DNA of 64,000 bases, from assembly GCF_902713615.1 (NCBI RefSeq), contig NC_052152.1, forward strand, positions 51,621,810 to 51,685,809, written 5' to 3'. A program made the position numbers and the translations under genes. The notes below the pieces were generated by a model, which saw nothing but the letters and a program-made list of their open reading frames with translations, had not been told where the DNA came from and did not search any database. Position 1 is the stretch's first letter, and every line of letters starts with the position of its first letter. Below, piece by piece: positions 49,284 to 61,208 of the stretch. Origin of the DNA: Scyliorhinus canicula. Its lineage: Eukaryota.

Positions 49284-52275
49284 CTGAGAGAAAAGACCAA
49301 TAAATGAACAAAATGATTAATAGTCTTATCATTTAGTTTGGAAGCTTACAAATTGGGAATGTAAGAAAAAAGTGCAAGGCAATAAATAGTTACATACACA
49401 GAGGTCTAATTCAGATACTGATCCCACTATAATCATAGAAACCCTACAGTGTAGAAGGAGGCCATATGGCCCATCGAGTCTGCATCGACCCTCCGAAAGA
49501 ACATTCTACCTAGGACAACTCCCCAGCCCACCCCACCCTATCCCAGTAACCTAACCTTCATGTCCCTGGACACTCAGGGGCAATTCTATAATGGTCAATC
49601 CGCCTAACCTGCACATCTTTGGACTGTGGGAGGAATCCGTGCATCCGGAGGAAACCCACACAGACACAGGGAGAATGTGCAAGCTCCACACAGACATTCA
49701 CTCAAGGCCTGGATTGAACCAGGGTCTCTGGCAGCTGTGAGGCAGCAATGCTGACCACTGTGCCACTGGGTTTCCCACAATAATCAAATCGGCAGACATA
49801 GAAAACACTACTGAGTTAATTTGAATGAGGAAAAAGCATTTTATTTGACAACATTCAAAGTACTTTACAGCCAGTTCGTTAACTTTGAATTATAGTTACT
49901 CGGAATGTAAAAAAACATAATAGTAATTGCTATGATGTACAATGTACCTTCAACTCACCATTTACAAAGTTCAAGTCAGAATTTGATAAAATACTCCCCA
50001 CTTCCCTGTATGAACGTGGCAACAACTGCAAGGTGCTTGAGATCATCCAAAGTAAAGTAGTTAATTTTATTATCGCTCCAGCTGCTGTATGTAATATCTA
50101 ACCCTTTCACTACCAACACAATACAAAAAATATAGGATGTGCTGCACTAACTCAAAAGGTTACTTCAACAATACTTCCTGCTACTGAGAAGGACAAGAGC
50201 GAAACTTGTGGACACACCATCACCCCCAGATTCTCTTCCAACAGATACCCTAACCATGCTAACTTAGATTCACAGTAAACTCCAGTCATTCATGAAGCCC
50301 TCAATCATGATTTATTTTGCCCATGTGAACATAGTTGCAGACGTAATCACGGTTCACAGCCCAAAAAACGCCACTTATTCATGATGAACTCTCAACTTTC
50401 CCACGTTCATGAAGAAAGCGCACGCTGCACATGTACAAGTTCACCTTCATCTTCACTCTTGACAACATCCTGGAATTTGCTCTTCAACACTTTGAGGGAA
50501 CTGCACTGCCACAATGATTGCACATAAGCTGTTCCAGGAGAATGCCCACTACCATCTTCTCATGGAAAATAGTTACAAGCAATAAAGTGGCACTGCTCGC
50601 ACCACAGAAATCCCAAAAACGTTAAAACGGTACGGCTGCTGCTAGGACCAGTTTTCCTGCCTGAGGGCAGCTAATATTAATGAGTAACAATTATTGCAGT
50701 TTAAAAAGAAATCTGATTTGTGAGTGATTTATTTTCCTGCTTTGAACCTTGCTCCAGACTGTAGGAATACAAGACCACTGCTTCCCCCCACAGATAGGGC
50801 TTCTGAGGAACAGATATGCCATTCCCCAAGAACATATCTATGTATGTCATTATGAATAGGAACAAGAGAAAATGGAAGGACAGAGAGTCAAACAGCACCC
50901 TATAGCCTTCGACACCCCACAAAGAACAAACATGTAACACAAATCCTATTAATGACCTTAATGAGGGGATGTGTACAGTATTGAAGGAGGAAAGTCACCA
51001 AAGAGGCAATTGGAAAGTGGCATAAAGGAACCTGCATGCCCGGTCACCTACAAGACAGCTTGCTTGTGTCTATGAAGGTCACATCCAACCTCACTCTCAG
51101 CCAGTCATTTCCGGAAGACACGAGGTAATCTGGAGCATTGGCCATGCATATCATAGATCATAGAATTTACAGTGCAGAAGGAGGCCATTTGGCCCATCGA
51201 GTCTGCACCGGCTCCTGGAAAGAGCACCCTACCCAAGGTTAACACCTCCACCCTATCCCCATAACCCAGTAACCCCACCCAACACTAAGGGACACTAAGG
51301 GCAATTTATCATGGCCAATCCACCTAACCTGCACATCTTTGGACTGTGGGAGGAAACCGGAGAAACGGGGAGGATGTGCAGACTCCACACAGACAGCGAC
51401 CCAAGCCGGAATCGAACCTGGGATCCTGGAGCTGTGAAGCGATTGTGCTATCCACAATGCTACCGTGCTGCCCTGGCATGTCAGGTGACTGATGTAATTT
51501 TCTGCAGAACTTGGATCTCCACGTATTCTCCATCATTATTATGCTCCTCAGTACAGCCATCCTCATAGTCTACAAGGTGAATTCCCTTTCTGTTCTCCAT
51601 CATCAACCCCTATTGCTGCATCAGGTCGACAGGAAACTAGAGTATGAGCTAAGAACAGGTTAGCATAATACCCATAGGTTAAAAGAGGCAGAATGTGTAG
51701 AAGGTTGCGCCTCAAGACTGTTGATACCCAAGCAAGAAAGAAAAAAAGAGCAGCCAATATGATATCATGCCTGTCTTTATCAGGCTATTAAATTTCTTGA
51801 AATACAGTGCTGCATTTCTGGCCGTGGGGAGTGAAAAAGAGAATTGGCCTCATTCCATAATAGAAGACAAACAGTCTCTCATTGATACTCAGCAGTTTTT
51901 CTATCCTTTACTGAAGAGGATGGCCTCAAGATCCATCCCAATAATATTATGTGTCTTTTTTTGTTCCTTTCTGGCTGTCTTGCCATATTCTCTAGTAAAG
52001 ACAGTACTGACGTGGGAAAGCAGTCAGTGACTTTCACATGATTCACCAGGAGTTGTTTAAATGGGACGATCCTGCGTTTCACAGCAGTTGAACTCTCCTG
52101 GGCACTGGCAAGAAAATTAATGCAAATTAGTGTGCGCTCTCATGTCCAGTAATATTTCCAGTCTTGGTACTTTGTAGAAAACTACAGAGCTGCACAGTCT
52201 TTATTTACCACAGAGATAGCACTTTCCCATCATCCAAATGATTTCTTGAATCATGAATCCCAATAAGAAACGTAC

Positions 52276-52334
52276 CTTTTTTGTCGTTCTGGTCCACTTC
52301 TTATTGCTTTTAATTCCTCCAAGAGCGCAGAGAT
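52276..52334 (-). CDS. TTF2: TTF2 exon
   Basis: 59 nt, gttgccag|ATC ... AG|gtacgt, reading ISALLEELKAIRSGPERQK(S). Confidence 0.88.
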
Positions 52335-53276
52335 CTGGCAACAAAATGAACAGAATGTAAAAAGAGAACCGATGCAAAACATTATTATTCGATCAATACA
52401 TCTGTGGTCCATAGTTGGCAACTTCACATTTCATATGTATGCTTTACCACAGCCATCAGATCATGATGTTTCCCGACCTCTGCTTGTCCAGCATCCACTT
52501 TTGGATGAGTCAAAATTTCCTCCATACCATTGCCACCGACCTCTTCCCCTCGCCACAAGGTCAGGCTGAAGCAGATAACAATCTCCACAATGTGTGTTTG
52601 ACTCCTGGCTGAGTTTCACCTTCTTTCTTTACCTCATCACAAAGGTAATGTACACCCACCTTCAACAGCATCCATTCCAGCCTAACCTCAGCGCATCCTT
52701 TGCTTGATCCGTCATGCAAGTCTTTGCCATCTCTATACTCAATTAGCCCGAAGCTTTCTTGGCCACATTCCAGAACATTCTACTTATTCTAAAAGTTGAT
52801 AACCATGTCTTGTCCCATATAATATCCTATTAGTGGCCTATTAGTATCCTCACTGATCTAGACTGGTGCCTGGTCAATCAATACCTCACATTTCAAAGTA
52901 TTATCCACTTCGGAATTTAAATCCCAATTTATCTTTCTCTTCAGCCGTATAATTCCACTTCCCTTGGACTCCAAACTCTTGGTTCAAACTCGGGGTCCAT
53001 TTTTTGGCTTAACTTTAGAATACTTTTCTCCATTAAAGGTTATACTGGTTGTTAGGAATTTGGGAAATAAATGGAGGTTAACAGTAAATTCGAGGTGAAA
53101 ACAAAATAACGGACAAGTAATAAGACTAGCAGGTATCCAGGGGAGTACTGAGATGCAATTTTCTCATTGCCAAGATTAGCAGGCATCTAGAGACATAGAG
53201 GTGTGAATGGCCATATTGGAAACATTGTTTACCAGAGATGAGTGGGGCTAGACAAATTATAATATCTAAAGGCAAG

Positions 53277-53901
53277 GGGCGTGATTCTCCACAAATGCGG
53301 AGAGTCGTGAAGGCTGCCGTGAAACCAGCCGTGTTTCACGGCAGCCTCTGCGCCCTCTCCCAGGACCCGATTCTGCTCCCCGGTCGGGGCTAGCAGCGGG
53401 GCCCCGTGAACTTCGGCATCGCGGGCTTAGCGAAATTCGCTAAGCCCGCACGCCAAAGTTAGCGACGGCTGACGCATATGATGACGTCAGCCGCGCATGC
53501 GCGGATTGGACGACTCCAACCTGCGCATGCGCGGATGATGTCATCACGCATATGCGTGAAACCCGCGCATGCGCGGGCCGGAATGCCCCTCAGCCGCCCC
53601 ACGGACTGATCCAGCGGGGCGGCGGAGGAACAAAGAGTACGCGGGGTTCGTACCCGCTGCCTGCGATCCGTGCCCACCGATCGCGGGCCCATGGCACCCT
53701 TGGCACGGCCGTGGTGCGGCCGTGCCAATCGGTGCCGTGGTTCCCCAGAACGGCACTTTGCGGCCGTTTTTACGAACTGTGATAGCAGGTGTGTTGGAGT
53801 TCGTAAAAACGGCCGCAAAGGCCTGGGAACTCGGCCAGGGGAGAATCGCTGTTCGCCGTAAAAAAACGGTGAGCAGCGATTCGTGTCGGGGGGCGGCCGT
53901 T

Positions 53902-53938
<37 letters not shown>

Positions 53939-54018
53939 ATAGCGGGAGGTCGGGAAAAATGTCGGGAAGGCCCTCCCGCTATTCTCCGACCCGTCGTGGG
54001 GGGCGGAGAATCGCGCCC
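53277..54018. mobile_element. GC-rich MITE
   Basis: TIRs GGGCGTGATTCTCC / GGAGAATCGCGCCC with a perfect 3-bp TSD AAG. Confidence 0.8.
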
Positions 54019-54295
54019 AAGGAATTTGAGAGTTGTACACAGCCGAATCAACAGGATGGATCATCAAAAATACTGAACCATATAACTGCCAGCATCCTCA
54101 TTGGAGAAAGGTGCTAATGCTCCATCGAAAAGTCAGACAGGCCAGTTCCATCTCTGATCCGAGCCACAGTGGCACGTTACATCTAACATTTAGAGCCATG
54201 GCCGATTGCAATATATTACCCTCTAAGAAATGCAGTATTTGTGCCTTCACTGGACCAGAAAGGGTCTTCCCAGACTTGGTCACCTAAGGATATTG

Positions 54296-55075
54296 TGTGG
54301 TAACGATTAGAGTTACCAATAGAGTTACTAAAATTGGATGTTGCGTGAGTAAATGGGTGTCTCAGTGAGTTCAGAGAACACAGATATATTTGGGGTACAA
54401 GAGGTAACTTCAGATAACAGATGTGTTTCATTATTGATACACGCAAGTGTCATCGTGTATATTAGTCCTTTTCTATAATAAGTATTCGGTATTAACCTTT
54501 TGCACAATGACTGGACTGGTTGTGTGGAATCCATGATACACTGTTTCCTAGCAAGGGACACGAGTTAGTATGAAATCCATAATATCCTGGAGAAACGAAG
54601 GACATAAGTTAGAATGTTATCCATAATGACCAGTTCTTAGTGAATGACGCAAGTCTGTGGAGACAGAATGATGGAAGTAGCCGTAATAATGTTGCGCTTT
54701 TCTGTAAACTGCCATTTCCTTCAGGTCAAAGGGAAGATTAAGTATGCAAAAGAAGGATAGAAAGTGCTAATGTTTCTTTTATCCATTTGCCCTGATTTCT
54801 ATCGCTTTCTATTAGCTAGAGTTACTGTCCTTCCATTGGTCTAAAATGAAAGCTTAATTGTGATATTATTGGTGTATGTGACATGCAAATGAAGGATTAG
54901 AATGCAATTACAAATTCTATTGGTTAATCGAACTATAAATGTTTCTGCTTACTAGATGAATTTAGTGTAATACCAGTGCATCCCACTGGCTTTGCCCTCC
55001 ATGTGCACATGTCAATAAAACTTGATCAAAGAGTTCCTGTGTCAGCCTTGCAATACTTTGACAGTTCCTCACTGA
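54296..55075 (+). mobile_element. Possible solo LTR
   Basis: TG...AATAAA...CA architecture, but no TSD found. Confidence 0.3.
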
Positions 55076-55306
55076 ATTGTACGTTGTTCCTCACTTTATT
55101 CCAAACAAAAATACATCATTAAGAACCAGTTTTTCAGGTTATCCTTCGGGGTTTTGAGACACCCTCACAGGTAACATCAGCAGGGTTCTTCACAACATTT
55201 GGAAATACAAGTTGTTGCATAATTATGCTTTTGCAAAGTTACTCAAATGTCAACAGTATTTTTCCCAACATTTAAATCTTAGGATTTAACATTCATAATA
55301 AAGGTA

Positions 55307-56176
55307 CAGGTTGAGCCTCCCTTACTCGAAGTGCTTGGGGCCGAAAGTGTCTCGGATTCTGGAATACCTGTAGAATTATATAATGCGGTAGCTCATCCAG
55401 AGGGGATGGGACACAAACCCAAGCACAAAATTAATTTAGATTTAATTTACAACTCATAGATACAAATATTCTGCAGGTAGTTTTATGAAATATTTTGAAT
55501 AATTCGCTGCATGAAATAATAATATGTACATTAAACCTGAACCATCAGAAAGATAAGCCATCACTACCTCGACCGCTCAGGCGGGTGAGTGCCGAAGGCA
55601 ATAGTTGTGAAACGTCGCATAGTTAGCATAATGCACTAACGTCTGGCTATGATGAATGCTGAAAATAAACTGACGTTTTGGCGCCAAAAGAGCCCCACTT
55701 AGGGCTTGTAACCGTCTATGACTTGGTGGGACCTGTGCATCGCCTGGGAACCTTTCCAGAGCCTTATGGAATTTTCCACTCATAGAATTTACAGTGCAGA
55801 AGTAGGCCATTCGGCCCATCGAGTCTACACCGCCCCTGAAAGAGCATGCTACCTGAGCCCACACCACCACCCTATCCTGGTAACCCAGGAACCTGACCTA
55901 ACTTTTGGACACCACGGGGCAATTTAGCATGACCAATCCACCTAACCCGCACATCTTTGGACTGTGGAAGGAAACTGGAGCACCCGGAGGAAACCCACGC
56001 AGACACAGGGAGAATGTGCAGACTCCAGACAGACAGCGACCCAAGCCGGGAATCAAACCCGGGTCTCTGGTGCTGTGAAGGCACTGTGCTACCATACTGC
56101 CCCCTCCTGGCGTCACGGCGGCACTCAAAAAAAAGTGCGGATTTCAGAGCTTTTCGAATAAGGGGTGCTCAAGCTG
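55307..56176. mobile_element. pogo/Tigger-like non-autonomous DNA transposon with a nested V-SINE
   Basis: TA|CAGGTTGAGCCTCCCTTACTCGAA ... TTCGAATAAGGGGTGCTCAAGCTG|TA, i.e. about 24-bp TIRs with a TA TSD. Confidence 0.75.
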
Positions 56177-56616
56177 TAATTGGTAGTTCAAACTAAAATG
56201 GTCCACGTGAGTTCTTATGCAATGTTGGATGGATTCAAAGATTCACATTATTCAAAGAGCAGTGACTACTCCCAGTTATCTGATCCAATATCTCCTTCTC
56301 TCCCAGCATGATCAAAAATAAATTCCCCGGTCAGACATTTCATTCTGAAGGATATTGCAGTGGATAAATAGGCTGCTATGATCCTCCGTGTAACAGAAGG
56401 CTATGGCACTTTTGGGACATTGAAAATTTTGAAGGCATGAGAATAATGTGAAAAACATCCCAAAGTGTTTTGTAGCAGTATAAAGTTTTTAACTTTTTTT
56501 GTGAAAAGATTTGAGGTTTTTTTGTTTCACAGGCACTGCAAAAGGTTTCTAAAAATTGTACATTCCACTTGGAATAAAATAATGTCACAACTTTATGCCC
56601 CACCATCTGAACATAC

Positions 56617-56787
56617 CTTTGTGCTTTCTCTGGTGCTCTCAAACAGGCGTGCTTTGAAGCTGGTGCCATTCAGGGTAACAGTTGGCTTGGTATCAGGGGT
56701 TGTGACCTCTGATAATGATAATGCGTTCAGCTGCTCTTCCAGCGAGAGGGTTATGCCCTCAGATTCCATCTCAGTTTGACTCAGAGC
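56617..56787 (-). CDS. TTF2: TTF2 exon
   Basis: 171 nt, phase 0/0, reading [27 protein letters not shown]...[19 protein letters not shown]. Confidence 0.9.
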
Positions 56788-57325
56788 CTGTAATTCATGA
56801 CAAAAAGTCACTTAAAAAAATAGAAACATAACCAAAATAAATTGGTCAATGAGGCTGCAGGATTTATTCTGTGGCAGAGACAAGCTAGATGACTCAAATT
56901 ACCTTCAGCTTTGGCTTTTGTGTGTTTTCTCTCACATGGTAGGTAAACTTGAGTGTTGGCCGAAGACAGATGAATTTTAATGCCCTGCTCTCAACAACCC
57001 TAATGTCACCATAAAAAGGATGTTCATTGCATCAATGTGGTGTGGAGATTGATCTTCAGCAGTATGTTACATAAAGGGCAATCCAATTACACTGTGGGAC
57101 AATATGCACATCTTCCACTAGAGTTCTCCAACTACCAGAAAGTAAAGACAACATTTTTCTGTGGATTTTGCAGCTTGCACCCCAGTCACAAAGTATGCAG
57201 TCTAATCTCAAATGCTTGCATTGTGTATATTTGTAATTTTAAAGAAAAAGTGGCATTTGTTCATTTGAACATATTTTTGTGTTCTATGTGGTTCTTACTG
57301 CACATGAAGTACATTTATGTCTTAC

Positions 57326-57468
57326 CGTCTTCAACAGAGAGAGGTGACAGCAGCACTGTCGAAGCCTGAGCAGCATGGATAAGATGTGGACAGCGCTTGA
57401 AGTGTGAGAAATCTTCTGGGCAGAGGAAGGTCCACCATTTACAGACTCAATATCAAACTCTCGAGCAA
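57326..57468 (-). CDS. TTF2: TTF2 exon
   Basis: 143 nt, reading (V)AREFDIES...SSAVHILSMLLRLRQCCCHLSLLKT. Contains the SNF2 LLRLRQCCCH motif. Confidence 0.93.
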
Positions 57469-58309
57469 CTGAATGGAAACAGAAAACAAAATGCAAATTG
57501 ATAGTGATTTTTTTTGAATAGATAGTATTTACAGTAAGATTTTTACAATGACACATATCATTTTTATACCATCAATTAAATCTGGAGTTTAAATACCTAA
57601 AGAGACATGGTTTGTTGCGCACATTAGAACATGAATGAATGTTAGACAAAAGGATTAAAGATAACAACAAAGATATTTGGGTCTTTTGCCTCAGGCAGCT
57701 GTGCACCTCTTCCAATGCCCGTGCACCTCTTCCAATGCCCTTCCAAAGTGTCAGTGTCCTGAGGTCACAGCCATCAGCAACGGTCTCTCAGCTGTCAGTA
57801 AAAAGGTCTGCTATCTTCATTTCTCACTTACAGGTGCCCTTGTGGCAGAGGTATGGACACCTCAGTAGCCAGTTCAGCTTACAAAGGATAGGAGTGTATG
57901 GCCGTCATCCATCCAATGAACATTATTAAGTCAGTGCAGATGTCGTACAATGAGTGTATGCTGATGGAATTAGCATACTCCTGGATTGAGTTGATAACCT
58001 TGTCCTACCAAAAGGTGTTGGAGATATTTTTGAGACAGTAAAGGTTGAAACTGTGCGCTGATGATGCAGGCTTGGTAGAATCACTGTTTTGTCTTCTTAG
58101 TCACGTTACAATAAAACAGCAATTTATACTGCATGAGAAGTAGTGCCATGGTGACTGTACAGAGAGCTATTGTCCCCGATGCTATTACTTATTCAGAATA
58201 TGTGCAATGGAAAGAGGAGACCACATATGAGAAGATTTGGTGAGCAACCAATTTTCTCCAGCAGCTGAAATAGGCCACCATTGGCTATGCTCACGGTCAA
58301 AATCGATGA

Positions 58310-58660
58310 AAGCGATATCGAGTGCTGTCTTTTGTTAATGGCATTTCTCTTGCAGAGGCTGGACTGAGAAGATCATGTCAATTGTAGATCTTCCAATTCT
58401 GAAACAACACAGATTTGAGCTAGATGCATTCAGCCAGGTTCTGCAGTCTGAAAGGACAACAGAGGTAAAAACCTTCTCCACAACATTCAGCAGGGAGATG
58501 GTATAATTGTTACAGTTGCCCCTGTTCTTACACAGGGTAAGAATTCTTGCGTCATGCATATCTTGGACATTGCTGACTCCCTCCAGCAGCGGGACAAGTT
58601 TGTGCAGATGCTGCAGGAGTCCTGGTTTCCCATTCGAGATTAAGTCAGGCAGTTTGGTAG
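58310..58660 (-). mobile_element. RTE-clade LINE RT fragment
   Basis: DARILTLCKN..CNNY..ISLLN..GRSTIDMIFS..LQEKC resembles RTE ORF2. Confidence 0.7.
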
Positions 58661-58853
58661 CAATATCTGAGCAAGTAAGTCAATAGTTCTGTTAAGCTTC
58701 TCAATAATATGTTTGATATCTACCTCTGGCAGGCTTTCTATGGTGTCCAGAAATCCACACACTCCAGTAACTCACCAAGGTTCCTCAGACAGCATCTTCC
58801 AAACCCATGACCACTACCATCTGGAAGGACAAGATCAGCAGATACCTGGGAAC

Positions 58854-59622
58854 TGTAGCCATCCAAGATGGCCATCTGCAAAGGACCATGGGAATTATGG
58901 CCAACCCGGGACTCAGACAAACACACAGCCTATGTGTATCTAAAACACAGGTAACCAGACCTGACCGAAACCCCTGCTCATTTCCATTTTAATGGCCCAT
59001 TTTCCCTGTACAATAGAACTCCATTCAAGCAACCGGTACAGCCACAGACTGATCAGCGCCACTCCCCTTGCTCAGAAAGCACAACTGCCACGATCTATGA
59101 CCGCTAAGGACCCGCCCAGCTACCCAGGCACCCGCCCCTTTATTGCCAAAATCAAAGAGAGTGATTAGAGTCCTGTCAAACTATTGGGTCCAAGGTTAAG
59201 GACCGCCCCAAAGAGCGCGAAATCCCAGCGGGATAAAAGAGGGCGCAGCCATGTGTTCTGTCTCTTTTGGATCTGGCCTATGCTAACCCAAATGCAGCAG
59301 GAACAGCCAGCTAAGTTTAAGACCAATGATCGCTGTCGGACAGATGAGCCCAGCAGAGACAGAGTCACTTTCTACGAACCAGCCAAGTGAAATCCAGATA
59401 ACGGCCTTATCCATTTGCATAGTGCCAGTCGCCCTGAAGCTAAGTATAGGTTATTGTAGCTGATAGGTGTAGTTTAACCCGTAATAGATATTGTGTTTGC
59501 ATGTTGAGATAACTCTTGTGTATGTAAATAAACCATCTTTTGAACTAACTAACTGGTTGTGTGGTCATTTGATCGATATAAGAGAAGGCTTGTGGTTCAC
59601 CGAGATAAACAAATAGAGCAAA
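58854..59622 (+). mobile_element. Solo LTR inserted in a LINE fragment
   Basis: Starts with TG and has 4-bp TSD GAAC (58850-53 and 59623-26). AATAAA lies near the 3' end. Removing it rejoins the LINE sequence gatacctgggaac|tccaccgcctggaag. Confidence 0.7.
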
Positions 59623-61119
59623 GAACTCCACCGCCTGGAAGTTCCCTTCCAAGTCACTCACCACCCTGACTTGGGAAACATATTGCCGTTCCTTCACTGT
59701 AATTGGGGTAACATCCTGGAACTCCACCCCCCTCCGTCCCCCCCCCCCCCCCCCCCCCCCCACCCAACAGCACAGTGGATGCACCTGGAGGACTGCAGTG
59801 GTTCAAGAAAGCAACTCACCACCACCTTCTGAAGGGCAACCAGGGACAGGCAATAAATGCTGACCTAACCAGCGACGCCCACAATTTAAAAAAAAATTTC
59901 AGTGATAGTGTGCTCCCTAGAATTCAGCTTAAGATGGTATAGTTCTACATACTCGTATATACCATTTTGTTCTATAAAAGATCATATAAGGCAGGATCAA
60001 AATTGTTTCTAAATAGATTTTTGCTATTTCTCATCAAAAAATACATCCAAAGCTAAACTTGGACACAGTTCCATAAAACCAAAATCTTGCTGTAGTAAGA
60101 TCCTAATGAAAATGCGAACTGAGTATTTCTGCAAAATTTGCAGTTGGAATGAAATTCAAACGTTGTGAAGAGTGAGGACACAAACAGACCAATGAAACGA
60201 ACAGGCACAGCAGATATAAGTGAATGCAAGAAATTCTGGATTTTGGTCGGTAAAATGAGGATGGCAGATAAACTAAAAATGTACAATTTTAACGATGGTG
60301 CGTTAATAAAATTAACTTAGGGTACACATGCTTTTACGAGAGCAGTTCAAGTTGAGAAGGATGTTGATTTAAAAAACGCCAATGATCCTTGGCTTTATAA
60401 ACAAAGGCATAGGAGTACTAAAGCAAGAAATGTATGCAAACCCTTTATAAATCACGAGCCATGCCCCAGCTGGAAAATTGAGGCTCACTTCTCCTTGCAA
60501 CAGGTCAAAACTTTGTGTCCTTTGACAACTGTTTCACTCAGCTGGGGTGCTTCCAGATATGATTACCACCAGCAAGTCACACCGACTCTCCATTCCTTCA
60601 ATCTTCAAAAATCCCATCGATTCCCATTCTTCTGAACAGAAACTGAACTCTCACCAGCATCCTGTCAGGTTGGAAGCAGAAAACACTTCACCTGTTTCTC
60701 CATAGCTTCTTTGCCTCCCTGCGTCACAAGAGCAGCTGTCATTTTCTGTGAAGTACTATAAAAGGATGTTAAAACTGGTACCCAGAACTTTCCTCTTCTG
60801 CCTGGGGTCCTAGCTCTATAACAACCAGATGACATGAGCATGTCTTGGATGTTGAGCTATCAACCAGATCGAATGAGCATGCCTTGGGGTTTGAAGTGTT
60901 TATCCGGAATTTTGTCTCACTTTTAGCGCAAGTTACATTTCAAAATATAACCATCTTGTAAAGTTGAACATTCAAAGGTAAAGTTAAGCTGATGTTCAAG
61001 TACAGATCCTTTGACTCCAACCTATCTGCAGTATATCTCTAACATTTTCTATTTTTACTGCAAATCTATAGTATATGCATAGTTTATCTATACCAAGAGG
61101 GGACTATATAATTTCTTAC

Positions 61120-61208
61120 CTCTGCTGAAGGGATTATCAGTACCCGGTGATGAATCGGCTTTGGAATCCTTGCCTTCGTGTCTCTTCAGATATGACTGCA
61201 AGGTTGAT
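61120..61208 (-). CDS. TTF2: TTF2 exon; gene continues beyond the window end
   Basis: 89 nt, cttttcatag|A ... G|gtaaga, reading (R)STLQSYLKRHEGKDSKADSSPGTDNPFSR. Confidence 0.88.
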
